A stretch of 43,762 nt of DNA from Gaiellaceae bacterium (GTDB taxonomy: Bacteria > Actinomycetota > Thermoleophilia > Gaiellales > Gaiellaceae): positions 1 to 43,762 of the forward strand of contig JBKJML010000141.1 in assembly GCA_046596415.1 (NCBI GenBank). Reading direction: 5' to 3'. A program made the translations under genes and the position numbers. Positions 1 through 9,111 of the stretch are shown one piece after another. The notes beneath the pieces were generated by a model. The model saw only the letters and a list, made by a program, of their open reading frames with translations, ran no database searches and was not told the DNA's origin. Numbering within the stretch: the first letter of the stretch is position 1; the number at the start of each line of letters is the position of its first letter.

Positions 1-273
1 GGCGCTGTCCGGCTCCTGACCCAGGCTGCGGCGAAGGAGGTCGCGGCGAGCGGCGTCCGCGTCAACGCGGTCGCGCCGGGGACGGTCGAGACGGAGTTGA
101 CGCTCGGCCTCGCCTCCGGTGAAGAGCTGCGGGCGCTCGGTCGCGAGCGCGTTCCGCTGGGCCGGCTCGGGCGGCCCGAGGAGATCGCGGCCGCGGTCGC
201 ATTCCTCTCCTCCGATGCGGCCTCGTACGTGACGGGCCACGTCCTCGTCGTCGACGGGGGCTGGCTCGCGTGA
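1..273 (+). CDS. short-chain dehydrogenase/reductase, C-terminal fragment (5' end outside window)
   Basis: Frame 1 is open from base 1 to TGA 271-273. The translation (...SGVRVNAVAPGTVETELT...YVTGHVLVVDGGWLA) is a classical SDR C-terminus. Confidence 0.8.
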   Translation, partial: GAVRLLTQAAAKEVAASGVRVNAVAPGTVETELTLGLASGEELRALGRERVPLGRLGRPEEIAAAVAFLSSDAASYVTGHVLVVDGGWLA

Positions 274-286
274 GCGCCGGGCCTGC

Positions 287-315
287 TTGACACGATTTCG
301 TGTGGGGTTCACTAT
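287..315 (+). promoter_or_regulatory. candidate sigma70-type promoter of operon A
   Basis: TTGACA (287-292), a 17-nt spacer, then CACTAT (310-315), about 70 nt upstream of ATG 385. Confidence 0.3.
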
Positions 316-384
316 GCGGACATCACGACCGCCATGCGAACGCCTGCTTCGGACAACCCCTTGCGGCCCGACCCTCCGTCAAAG

Positions 385-1173
385 ATGAGCGTGACGCCCC
401 ACTCGGCCTCCGGTCGAGAGAGCCGTCCCGTCGTCGAACTGCGCGGCATCCGGAAGTCCTTCGGCACGGTCGAGGTCCTCCACGGCGTCGACGTGACCGT
501 CCACGCGGGCGAGCACGTGGTCATCTTCGGGCCTTCCGGGTCGGGCAAGTCGACCGTTCTGCGGACGATCAACCTGCTCGAGGAGCCGAGCGAGGGCTCG
601 GTGCGCGTGCTTGGGGTCGAGTACGGGCCCGGCCTCCCCGGCGTCCGCGCCGAGAAGCGCGGCGGCCCGGTCCAGCTCCGCCGGCACGTCGGGATGGTCT
701 TCCAGCAGTTCAACCTCTTCCCGCACCTGACTGCCCTGCACAACGTCGCGCTCCCGCTCCGCGCGGCCAAGGGCATGCGGCGGCGGGAGGCGGAGGAGCG
801 GGCCGGACTTGCGCTCCAGCAGGTTGGGCTGCTCCGCTGGGCGGGGCACTTCCCGGGTGAGCTCTCGGGCGGCCAGCAGCAGCGCGTCGCGATCGCTCGC
901 GCGCTCAGCCTCGACCCCGAGGTGATGCTCTTCGACGAGCCGACCTCCGCGCTCGACCCGGAGCTCGTCGGAGAGGTGCTCGCGGTGATGCGCGAGCTCG
1001 CCGAGAGTGGGATGACGATGGTGATCGTCACCCACGAGCTCAACTTCGCACGCGAGATCGGCGACTTCAACGTCTTCATGGATCAGGGCCTGATCGTCGA
1101 GTCGGGGCAGCGCGGCTTCTTCGACTCGTGTTCGAACCCGCGCACGCGCCAGTTCATCGAGGCGGTCCTGTGA
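385..1173 (+). CDS. polar amino-acid ABC transporter ATP-binding protein (GlnQ/HisP-like)
   Basis: Walker [10 protein letters not shown], signature [15 protein letters not shown], Walker B LFDEPTSALD. The ORF opens at 334; ATG 385 gives the usual N-terminal length. Confidence 0.9.
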   Translation: MSVTPHSASGRESRPVVELRGIRKSFGTVEVLHGVDVTVHAGEHVVIFGPSGSGKSTVLRTINLLEEPSEGSVRVLGVEYGPGLPGVRAEKRGGPVQLRRHVGMVFQQFNLFPHLTALHNVALPLRAAKGMRRREAEERAGLALQQVGLLRWAGHFPGELSGGQQQRVAIARALSLDPEVMLFDEPTSALDPELVGEVLAVMRELAESGMTMVIVTHELNFAREIGDFNVFMDQGLIVESGQRGFFDSCSNPRTRQFIEAVL

Positions 1174-1928
1174 GTCTCCTCGCGACCTACGACTGGAGCC
1201 TGGTCTGGGAGAACAAGGAAGACCTCTTCCGTGGCCTCTTGACCGCGATCGAGGTCGCCGCCGTCGCGCTCGTCATCTCCGTGGTCGTCGGGCTCGTGCT
1301 CGCGCTCGCCCGGATGAGCAGGCCGCCGTTCTCCTGGCTCGCCATGATCTACGTGAACGTCTTCCGCGGCGTCCCGGCGCTCGTCAGCGTGATCTGGGTC
1401 TACTTCGGGGTCTCGCTCCTGCTCGGGATCAACTTCACCGTCTTCCAGGCCGGCGTGATCGCGCTCGTTCTCCTCTACGGCGCCTTCATCTCCGAGATCT
1501 ACCGCGCCGCCCTCCAGGCGATCCCGCGCGGGCAGGGCGAGGCCGGGCTCGCGCTCGGGATGCACCCGATTCGCGTCTTCGTCCAGGTCGTGTTCCCGCA
1601 GGCGACGAAGATCGCGATTCCGAACATCGGCAGCATGTTCATCGGGATGATCAAGGACACCTCGACCTTCACCGTGATCGGCCTGCTCGAGGTCCTCCGC
1701 GTCACGCAGAACATCAACTCCGTCACGTTCCAGCCGTTCGTCCTCTTCACGGCCGCGGCGGCGATGTACGTGGGGGCGACGTTCTTCTTCGACTTCCTCT
1801 TCCGCGTAGTCGAGAAGTCGTTGACCACGCCGCCCGGCGGCGGGATCGCGAAGGCGGTGACGCGGCGGCGCAGACAGAGGATCGATCTCGTCGTCAGGAA
1901 CGTCGAGGCACTTTCGGGCAGAACCTAG
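1170..1928 (+). CDS. amino-acid ABC transporter permease (His/Glu/Gln/Arg/opine family)
   Basis: GTG 1170 overlaps the upstream TGA (GTGA). Multi-TM protein with the EAA-type loop (...EIYRAALQAIPRGQGEAGLALGM...). Confidence 0.9.
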   Translation: MSLLATYDWSLVWENKEDLFRGLLTAIEVAAVALVISVVVGLVLALARMSRPPFSWLAMIYVNVFRGVPALVSVIWVYFGVSLLLGINFTVFQAGVIALVLLYGAFISEIYRAALQAIPRGQGEAGLALGMHPIRVFVQVVFPQATKIAIPNIGSMFIGMIKDTSTFTVIGLLEVLRVTQNINSVTFQPFVLFTAAAAMYVGATFFFDFLFRVVEKSLTTPPGGGIAKAVTRRRRQRIDLVVRNVEALSGRT

Positions 1929-1970
1929 TTGTCGGGAATCCACGGCCTCCGGGCCACGAACAGGGAGGGT

Positions 1971-2819
1971 ATGCACGTGAACACCAACAAGAGGCGGTTC
2001 CGCTTCACCGCCGGGGTCGTCGCCGCGCTCGCAGCACTCGCCGTCACGGCGATGGTCGCGACCGGCGCATCGGCGACGCCGACGGCCGGCAATCCGTATC
2101 ACCTGAACAAGGCCGGCACGCTGACGGTCGGGATGACGCTGCAGTTCAAGCCGCAGATGTACCTCGACTCGAAGGGCAAGCCCGCCGGCTACGACGTCAT
2201 CCTCGTCAAGGCGCTCGCCAGGCAGATGGGCGTCAAGCTCGACATCAAGAACCTCGACTTCAACGGCCTGATCCCAGGCCTCGTCTCGAAGAAGTTCGAC
2301 ATGGTCTCGGTCGGCCTGTCGAACACGCCCGAGCGGCGCAAGGCGGTCGGCTTCAGCCGAGCCTATGTCCCGTACGCGCAGATCCTCGCGGCGGCGAAGG
2401 CCGATACGACGGCCGCTACGATCGCCGCGTGGAACAGCTCGGACAAGGCGATCACCTCGCTGCAGGGGTCGACGGCCGAGCAGCTCGTGCAGAAGACGTT
2501 CCCGAATGCCGAGTCGAAGTCGTTCCCCGACCAGAACGCGGCGTTCCTCGAGGTCGCAACCGGCCGCGCGGATGGGATCGTGGTCGAGAACTACCTGCTT
2601 GCGCAGTTCAACAAGTCGAACGGCAACAGGCTGAAGCAGGTCGCGTTCAAGAAGCCGCTCCACGTCGAGTACGGCTCCTACGCGGTTCAGAAGGGCAACA
2701 CCTCGCTCGCGAACTACCTGAGCGCGTTCATCTGCAAGCAGCAGAAGAGCGGCCAGCTCGGGAAGATCTACCAGTCCACCATCGGGGCTCCGCTGCCCCA
2801 GATGCCGGCCTGCCGCTGA
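1971..2819 (+). CDS. family-3 periplasmic amino-acid substrate-binding protein
   Basis: AGGGAGGG sits upstream of ATG 1971. Signal-like N-terminus KRRFRFTAGVVAALAALAVTA, followed by a typical SBP_bac_3 body (LTVGMTLQFKPQMYLDSKGKPAGYDV...). Confidence 0.9.
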   Translation: MHVNTNKRRFRFTAGVVAALAALAVTAMVATGASATPTAGNPYHLNKAGTLTVGMTLQFKPQMYLDSKGKPAGYDVILVKALARQMGVKLDIKNLDFNGLIPGLVSKKFDMVSVGLSNTPERRKAVGFSRAYVPYAQILAAAKADTTAATIAAWNSSDKAITSLQGSTAEQLVQKTFPNAESKSFPDQNAAFLEVATGRADGIVVENYLLAQFNKSNGNRLKQVAFKKPLHVEYGSYAVQKGNTSLANYLSAFICKQQKSGQLGKIYQSTIGAPLPQMPACR

Positions 2820-2833
2820 GCGACCGCGGCAGC

Positions 2834-4258
2834 ATCGATCTCCTCGTCGTCGGCGGCGGCCCTGCAGGGCTCGCCGCCGGCGTCGAGGCGGCGAGTGCCG
2901 GCCTCGCCGTCACGATCGTCGACGAGCGCCCGACCTTCGGCGGGCAGATCTTCAAGCAGCCCGGCCCGGGCTTCGTCGTCACGGAGCCGGCCGCGCTCGG
3001 GCGGGACTACCTCCGCGGCCGGCAGCTGATCGAGGCCGCCGAGCGCTCCGGCGCTACGCTCCTGCCCCGGACGAGCGCGATCGCGATCCGCGGCAACGCC
3101 GTCGTCCTCGTCGAGGACGGCGAGGCCGCACGGAGCGTCGAGGCGCGGCGCATCCTGATCGCGCCCGGCGCGCACGACCGGCCCGTCGTCTTTCCGGGTT
3201 GGACGCTCCCAGGCGTCGTCACTGCCGGGGGCGCGCAGACTCTCGTCAAGACCCAGCGCGTGCTGCCCGGGCGCCGGATCGTCTTCGCCGGCAGCGGGCC
3301 GCTCGCGCTCGCTTTCCCGGCGCAGCTGCGCAGCTACGGCGCCAACGTCTCGCTCGTCCTCGAGGCCGGCCCCGCTCCGGGCCTCGCCGACATCTTCCGG
3401 CTCGTCGGCGCCGCGCGCGGCAACGTGCCGCTGCTGCGCGACGCGGTCGCCTACCGGGCGAAGCTTCTCCGCGAGCGCGTCCCGCTCCGCTACCGCCGCA
3501 TCGTCCTCCGTGCCGAGGGCGACGCACGCGTCGAGGCGGTCGTGCACTCTGCCGCCGACGCCGACTGGCGACCGATCCCCGGGACGGAGGAGCGGGTCGA
3601 GGCAGACACGCTCTGCGTCGGCTACGGCTTCTTCCCCTCGGTCGAGCTGCTGCGGCTTGCCGGCTGCGACTTGGTCTACGACGAGGATCTCGGTGGGCCG
3701 GTCGCAGTCCTCGACGAATGGCTGCGAACCACGGCGCCGGGCGTCTCCGCCGCCGGAGACGGGACCGGGGTTACCGGCTCCTACGTCGCGATCGACGAGG
3801 GAAGGCTCGCGGCGCTCGGCGCCGCCCTCGACCTCGGCGCGCTCACGGCGGCGGAGGCCTCGAGGCTGGCCGGGCCGATCCGCGCCCGCCTGCGTCGGAA
3901 GGAGCGCTTCCGCGCCGCGCTTCGCGGCCTGCACCGGGTCGGCCCCGGGATCTACGAGCTCGCGACCCCCGAGACCGTCGTCTGCCGCTGTGAGGAGGTG
4001 AGCGCGGCCCAGCTCGACGAGGCCGTCGCTGCCACCGCCGACGTCAACGTCGTCAAGACCCTGACGCGCGTCGCGATGGGCCTCTGCCAGGGCCGCAACT
4101 GCCAGCGCCACGTCGCTGCCACGATCGCGCGGCGACACGGCGAGCCGATCGCCGGCCTCCCGATGGCGACGCCGCGCGCGCCGGTGCGGCCAATCCCGAT
4201 CAGCGCGATCGCGGACGCGAGCCTCGAGGACGAAGGGTTCTTCACCCTTGACGACTGA
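2834..4258 (+). CDS. FAD/NAD(P)-binding oxidoreductase with BFD-like [2Fe-2S] motif (opine oxidase A / HcnB / D-hydroxyproline dehydrogenase alpha-like)
   Basis: DLLVVGGGPAGLAAG Rossmann motif, a second dinucleotide fold RIVFAGSGPLAL, and C-terminal CRCEEV...GLCQGRNCQ. No ATG/GTG/TTG lies near the fold, so the start is uncertain (ATC 2834, or CTG 2810/2816). Confidence 0.8.
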   Translation: MDLLVVGGGPAGLAAGVEAASAGLAVTIVDERPTFGGQIFKQPGPGFVVTEPAALGRDYLRGRQLIEAAERSGATLLPRTSAIAIRGNAVVLVEDGEAARSVEARRILIAPGAHDRPVVFPGWTLPGVVTAGGAQTLVKTQRVLPGRRIVFAGSGPLALAFPAQLRSYGANVSLVLEAGPAPGLADIFRLVGAARGNVPLLRDAVAYRAKLLRERVPLRYRRIVLRAEGDARVEAVVHSAADADWRPIPGTEERVEADTLCVGYGFFPSVELLRLAGCDLVYDEDLGGPVAVLDEWLRTTAPGVSAAGDGTGVTGSYVAIDEGRLAALGAALDLGALTAAEASRLAGPIRARLRRKERFRAALRGLHRVGPGIYELATPETVVCRCEEVSAAQLDEAVAATADVNVVKTLTRVAMGLCQGRNCQRHVAATIARRHGEPIAGLPMATPRAPVRPIPISAIADASLEDEGFFTLDD

Positions 4259-5468
4259 GGCCTGGCCCGCGGCGCGCGACCTGCGTGCGCCCCTGCCCGA
4301 GAGCACCGACGTCCTGATCGTCGGCGGCGGCCTCGCAGGGACCGCGCTCGCGTACTACCTCGCCCGGGCCGGGGTCGAGTGCGTGCTCGTCGAGCGCGCG
4401 GAGTTGAACCGCGAGGCCTCGGGCACCAACGCCGGCAGCTTCCACTTCCAGATCGCGCTGCACCAGCTGACCGCGCTCGAGACCGGCAACGTGCGCGACC
4501 GGCTCCAGACCGAGGTGCGCCTGCACGCCGAGGCGGCCGAGGTGTGGAAGACGCTCGAGCGCGAGCTGGCCGGGAGCCTCGACATCCACATCACGGGCGG
4601 GCTGATGGTCGCGGAGACCCCGCAGGAGCTCCAGCTGCTCCACGAAAAGCGCGAGATCGAGCAGGAGTCCGGCCTCGAGACGCACGTGCTCGAGGGCCAG
4701 GAGCTCCGGAGCTTCGCGCCGTACCTCGCCGACGACCTGCTCGGTGCCACCTGGTGCCCCGACGAGGGCCACGCGAACCCGATGCTCGCGGCGCCGCTCT
4801 TCGCGCTCCGCGCGGGCGAGGCGGGCGCCGAGCTGCGCACGCACGCACCCGTCACCGGGGTCGACACGGACCCGGACGGCGGCGCCCGCCGCTTCACGGT
4901 CACGACGGCGGCCGGCACGATCCACGCCCACCGGATCGTCGATGCGGCCGGGGCCTGGGCGAACGAGCTCGCCTCGTTCGTCGGCCTCCGCCTACCGATC
5001 CGCGCCGAGGGCCTCCACCTGAACGTGACCGAGCCCCGCGAGCACGTGCTCGGGCCGATGGTGCAGCACATCGGCCGGCGGCTGACGTTGAAGCAGTCCG
5101 CGAACCACACCTTCATCATCGGCGGCGGCTGGCCCGCGCACCCCGAGGAGCCACCGCGGCGTTACTCGACCACCTGGGAGAGTGCCGCCGGCAACGTCGC
5201 CGTGGCCGTGCGCGTCATGCCCTACCTCGCCGACGTCCGGCTCGTGCGGACGTGGTCGGGGGTGATGGCGTTCACCGACGACCTCGCCCCGATTGTGGGC
5301 GAGTCGGCGCGCAGGCCCGGTTTCCATACGCTGATCGCCACCACCGGTTTCACCCTCGGCCCGCTGATGGCGCAGCTCCTCGCGGAGGAGCTCGCGACCG
5401 GGCGCGGCAAGATCCCTCCCGAGTACTCGGTCGACCGCAGCCCGTCCCGCCAGCCGACCGCCACCTGA
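4248..5468 (+). CDS. DAO-family FAD-dependent oxidoreductase (opine oxidase B / HcnC / sarcosine oxidase beta-like)
   Basis: TTG 4248 overlaps the upstream stop by 11 nt. Motifs DVLIVGGGLAGTALAYYLARAG and EASGTNAGSF. Confidence 0.9.
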   Translation: MTTEAWPAARDLRAPLPESTDVLIVGGGLAGTALAYYLARAGVECVLVERAELNREASGTNAGSFHFQIALHQLTALETGNVRDRLQTEVRLHAEAAEVWKTLERELAGSLDIHITGGLMVAETPQELQLLHEKREIEQESGLETHVLEGQELRSFAPYLADDLLGATWCPDEGHANPMLAAPLFALRAGEAGAELRTHAPVTGVDTDPDGGARRFTVTTAAGTIHAHRIVDAAGAWANELASFVGLRLPIRAEGLHLNVTEPREHVLGPMVQHIGRRLTLKQSANHTFIIGGGWPAHPEEPPRRYSTTWESAAGNVAVAVRVMPYLADVRLVRTWSGVMAFTDDLAPIVGESARRPGFHTLIATTGFTLGPLMAQLLAEELATGRGKIPPEYSVDRSPSRQPTAT

Positions 5469-5493
5469 GAACACGACGAGCGAACGAGGAGAT

Positions 5494-6435
5494 ATGAATA
5501 GAGATGACGTTCAGTGGCGCGGGTACTGGCCCGCCTGCCCGACCCCCTTCCGTGAGGACGGGAGCTTCGACGCGGACGCGATGCGCGCGCTGATCGAGTG
5601 GTACGTCGGCGAGGGCATGCACGGCGTCTTCGTCAACGGGACGACCGGCGAGTGGTTCTCGCAGAGCCCGGAGGAGCGGCGGCTCGTCGCGGAGACGGCG
5701 ATCGACGCGGTCGGCGGGCGGATCACGATCGCGATTGGCTGCACCGCCTACACCGCGAAGGAGGCGGCCAAGCTCGGCCGGCACGCGCTCGCCGCGGGGG
5801 CGGACGGAATCGGGTCGACGCCGCCGCCGTACGCGAAGACCTACGACGACGAGACGGTCCAGTACTACCGTGACCTCTCGGACGGCGTCGACGGTCCGAT
5901 CATGATCTACAACTGGCCGCACGGGACGAACGTCGACATCGGGCCCGACCTCGCGGAGCGCCTCGTCGAAATCGAGAACGTCGTCGGGCTGAAGGACAGC
6001 ACCCCGAACGCGGAGCAGTTCTACGAGACCGTCAAGCGCGTGGTCGGCCGCGTCCGCGTCTTCGGGCCGTTCATGTCGAGCGCCGGCCTCGACGTCCTGC
6101 TGGAGCACGGCGGCGACGGCTTCATCGGCGGTGGCTCACTCTTCGGCGCGTCGGACGCGGCGTACTGGGAGGCTGTGTGGCGTGGCGACGTCGAAGGTGC
6201 GCGCGCTCACGCGCACCGCACCGACGAGCTCTTCCCGAAGCTCTGGCTGCCCGGTGGCTGGGGCGGCCACTTCGGCGCCTACCAGAGCCAGCTGAAGGCG
6301 CTGATGAAGCTGCTCGGCCAGCCCGGCGGGACGGTGCGCCCGCCGCGGCTGCCGGTGACCGACGAGGCGAGCCTCGTGCGGCTGCGCGAGGTGCTCGTCG
6401 AGACGGGGCTGCTCCCGCAGGCGGTGGAGGAATGA
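5494..6435 (+). CDS. DHDPS/NAL-family lyase (DapA-like; candidate pyrroline-hydroxy-carboxylate deaminase type)
   Basis: AGGAG sits upstream of ATG 5494. The motif GVFVNGTTGEWFSQSPEERRLV is typical of the dihydrodipicolinate synthase family. Confidence 0.88.
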   Translation: MNRDDVQWRGYWPACPTPFREDGSFDADAMRALIEWYVGEGMHGVFVNGTTGEWFSQSPEERRLVAETAIDAVGGRITIAIGCTAYTAKEAAKLGRHALAAGADGIGSTPPPYAKTYDDETVQYYRDLSDGVDGPIMIYNWPHGTNVDIGPDLAERLVEIENVVGLKDSTPNAEQFYETVKRVVGRVRVFGPFMSSAGLDVLLEHGGDGFIGGGSLFGASDAAYWEAVWRGDVEGARAHAHRTDELFPKLWLPGGWGGHFGAYQSQLKALMKLLGQPGGTVRPPRLPVTDEASLVRLREVLVETGLLPQAVEE

Positions 6436-7379
6436 GTGTGTTCCGGGGGGTCGACCATGTCGGGATCGGCGTCGGCGACATCGACGAGGCAATCGCGTTC
6501 TACGGGCGGCACGTCGGCTTCGACGACGTCCGCTTCGACTGGACCGGCGAGGTCCCCGGGCTCGAGGCGATCGCCGGCCGCATCCCACGGGCACGCATCG
6601 CGATGCTCGCGAGTGGCGCGGCCACGCCCGTCGGGCCCGGCCGGATCAAGCTCGTCCAGGTGCTCGACGCCGGCGGCCCGCCCGCACCGCCGGCGGGCCA
6701 GGCGTGGGGCGAGGTCGGCGTCTGCGAGGTCTGCCTGCACATCCGCGGCGTCGAGGGCGTCCACGCGAGCCTCGTTGCGGCCGGCTGCGACGAGCTGATG
6801 GCGCCGATGAGTGCGACGGTCGTCCCGCATGAGGTCCCGCTCGACATCTCGTACGTCGCCGACCCCTGGGGGACGAAGCTCGAGCTGATCGAGTGGACGG
6901 GCCTCTGGCACTCGCTGCCCGGCCCGGCCCGGCCCGAGGGTGTCAACCACGTCGCCTTCGGCGTCACCGACATGGCCCGCACGCACGCGTTCTATGAGCG
7001 GCTCGGCTTCAGCGAGCTCCTCTTCGAGTCGACCGAGTTCTTCGACCCGATGGCGCCGTGGTACCGGGCACCCTGGTACTCGGAGGATTTGCCCACCCAG
7101 CACATGACGATGTCGATGTCGCCGCAGGGCGCCGCGATCGAGCCCGTCGTCCTCGATCCGCCAGGCCACGACTGCCGTGGCGAGTGGGGGCACCTCGGCC
7201 CGATGGAGTTCGCGATCGGCGTCTCGAACCTCGAGCAAGGGCTCGCAGAGCTCGGGCGCCAGGGGATCGACCTCGTCGGCGAGCCGCAGGCGGTCGACGT
7301 GGGCAGCGGCGAGTGGCGCTACGCGTACTTCGCCGAGCCGGACGGGAACTACGTGTCGCTTGTCGAGGGCCGCTACTGA
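6432..7379 (+). CDS. two-domain VOC (glyoxalase / bleomycin-resistance / dioxygenase) family protein
   Basis: ATG 6432 overlaps the upstream TGA (ATGA). Two repeats of the (V/G)xHVxxGVxD VOC signature: VDHVGIGVGD and VNHVAFGVTD. Confidence 0.8.
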   Translation: MSVFRGVDHVGIGVGDIDEAIAFYGRHVGFDDVRFDWTGEVPGLEAIAGRIPRARIAMLASGAATPVGPGRIKLVQVLDAGGPPAPPAGQAWGEVGVCEVCLHIRGVEGVHASLVAAGCDELMAPMSATVVPHEVPLDISYVADPWGTKLELIEWTGLWHSLPGPARPEGVNHVAFGVTDMARTHAFYERLGFSELLFESTEFFDPMAPWYRAPWYSEDLPTQHMTMSMSPQGAAIEPVVLDPPGHDCRGEWGHLGPMEFAIGVSNLEQGLAELGRQGIDLVGEPQAVDVGSGEWRYAYFAEPDGNYVSLVEGRY

Positions 7380-7690
7380 TGGGCGCCCGCTTGCCGCTCC
7401 ACGGCGGGCTCGAGCGCGGCCCGGCCGTGACGCTCACGCTCGACGGCCGTCCGGTGACCGCCTACGAGGGCGAGAGCGTGGCGACGCTGCTGCTCGCCGA
7501 AGGGGAGATCGTGACGCGCTTCACCCAGGGCGGCGCCCCGCGCGGCGTCTTCTGCGGGATGGGCGTCTGCTTCGACTGCCTCGTCGTCGTCGACGGCATC
7601 CCGAACACCCGCGCGTGCGTCACCTGGGTGCGCGAGGGTATGGAGGTCGTCCGCCAGGACGGCCTCGTCCCACTGAAGGAGGACCGCTGA
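7379..7690 (+). CDS. small (2Fe-2S)-binding subunit (HcnA / sarcosine-oxidase-alpha N-terminal type)
   Basis: ATG 7379 overlaps the upstream TGA by 1 nt. 103 aa with the motif GVFCGMGVCFDCLVVVDGIPNTRAC. Confidence 0.85.
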   Translation: MGARLPLHGGLERGPAVTLTLDGRPVTAYEGESVATLLLAEGEIVTRFTQGGAPRGVFCGMGVCFDCLVVVDGIPNTRACVTWVREGMEVVRQDGLVPLKEDR

Positions 7691-9102
7691 TGCAGATGTA
7701 CGTCGCAGGCGAGTGGCGCGGCTCCGCGCGCGAGGAGGCCGTGAGGAATCCCTACGACGGCGAGGTCGTGGACACCGTCCCCGTCGCGACCGCGGCCGAC
7801 GCGGAGGCGGCGCTCGCGGCCGCGGTCGACGGCGCCCGCGCGATGCGCGCGCTCTCGGCCTGGGAGCGGAGCGAGATCCTCCGGCGGGCCGCCGACCTCG
7901 TCGAGGCGTCGCTCCCCGACCTCGCACGCACGATCGCGCTCGAGGCCGGCAAGCCGCTCACCGAGGCGACGAACGAGGCAAAGCGGATCCCGGAGCTCCT
8001 CCGCCTCAGCGCCTCCGAGGGCGCGCGCATGCACGGGGAGACCGTGCCGGTGGACGCCGCGCCCGGCGGCGCCGGCAAGCTCGCCTTCACGCTCCGCCAG
8101 CCGTGCGGGGTCGTCGTCGCGATCACGCCGTTCAACTATCCGGCGCTCCTCGTCCTGCACAAGGTCGGGCCCGCGCTCGCGGCCGGGAACGCGGTCGTGC
8201 TCAAGCCGGCACGGCAGACCCCGCTCACGGCGCTCTTCCTGACGAGGGCGCTGCTCGAGGCGGGTCTGCCCGAGAACGCGCTCCAGTGCCTGACCGGCCC
8301 CGGCTCAGAGCTCGGCGCCGTGCTCTGCGCCGACCCGCGCGTCCGCAAGATCAGCTTCACCGGCTCGACCGCGGTGGGCGAGCAGATCTCCCGCGTCGCC
8401 GGCGTCAAGCGGCTCTCGCTCGAGCTCGGCTCGAACTGCCCGCTGATCGTGCTCCCCGACGCCGACCTCGAGCAGGTCGCGGCGGCGACGCTCACCGGCG
8501 GCTACGTGAACGCGGGCCAAGTCTGCATCTCCGTGCAACGCGTGCTCGTCGCCCGCGAGGTCTACGCCGACTACGTGGACGCGCTCACCCCGCTCGTCGA
8601 GGGGTTGCGGACGGGGCACCCGCTCGACGAGGCGACGGGGCTCGGCCCCGTGATCTCGGAGGCGGAGGCAGAGAGGGTCGAGCGGACGATCCGTGCCGCG
8701 ATCGACGGCGGCGCCACGCTCATCGCCGGCGGCAGCCGTGAGGGTGCGGTCGTCGCCCCCACGGTGGTCGGCGACGTCGACCCGGCGATGGAGATCTCCC
8801 GAAGCGAGCTCTTCGGCCCGGCCGTCGCGCTCACGGCCGTGTCCGGGATCGACGAGGCGATCGCGCTCGCGAACGACAGCGACTACGGCCTCGGGGCCGG
8901 CCTCTTCACCTCCGACCTCGGGAGCGCGCTCCGCTTCGCGAAGGAGATCGACTCGGGCTCGATCCAGATCAACTCGTCACCGCTCTGGCGCGCCGACCTG
9001 ATGCCCTACGGCGGCCTCAAGGGAAGCGGGATCGGCAAGGAGGGGCCGCGCTACGCGATCGAGGAGATGACCGAGCTGAAGACGATCGTCTTCCACGGCT
9101 AG
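7690..9102 (+). CDS. NAD(P)-dependent aldehyde dehydrogenase
   Basis: ATG 7690 overlaps the upstream TGA. ALDH motifs FTGSTAVG, LELGSNCP and EELFGP-like SELFGP. Confidence 0.92.
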   Translation: MQMYVAGEWRGSAREEAVRNPYDGEVVDTVPVATAADAEAALAAAVDGARAMRALSAWERSEILRRAADLVEASLPDLARTIALEAGKPLTEATNEAKRIPELLRLSASEGARMHGETVPVDAAPGGAGKLAFTLRQPCGVVVAITPFNYPALLVLHKVGPALAAGNAVVLKPARQTPLTALFLTRALLEAGLPENALQCLTGPGSELGAVLCADPRVRKISFTGSTAVGEQISRVAGVKRLSLELGSNCPLIVLPDADLEQVAAATLTGGYVNAGQVCISVQRVLVAREVYADYVDALTPLVEGLRTGHPLDEATGLGPVISEAEAERVERTIRAAIDGGATLIAGGSREGAVVAPTVVGDVDPAMEISRSELFGPAVALTAVSGIDEAIALANDSDYGLGAGLFTSDLGSALRFAKEIDSGSIQINSSPLWRADLMPYGGLKGSGIGKEGPRYAIEEMTELKTIVFHG

Positions 9103-9111
9103 CTGGACTGA

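Noticed and set aside
1083-2663. 526-aa minus-strand ORF, and similar long antisense ORFs (2768-4306, 11202-12299, 14694-15851, 16103-17594, 18570-20078, 24553-25581, 33738-34376, 34572-35912, 36419-37495, 40507-41949).
   Set aside because: All lie antisense or out of frame to CDS with clear family motifs. Their translations are low-complexity Arg/Asp/Glu/Pro/Gly-rich strings, which is typical of shadow ORFs in very GC-rich DNA.
2429-2819. N-terminal extensions implied by the ORF track for many genes (for example 2429, 6177, 7058, 7177, 12534, 12884, 15551, 16726, 20146, 21750, 24442, 38593, and 41026 on the minus strand).
   Set aside because: The extensions overlap the upstream gene in another frame and are Arg/Pro-rich. 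Recognisable domains begin exactly at internal ATG or GTG codons that overlap the upstream stop.
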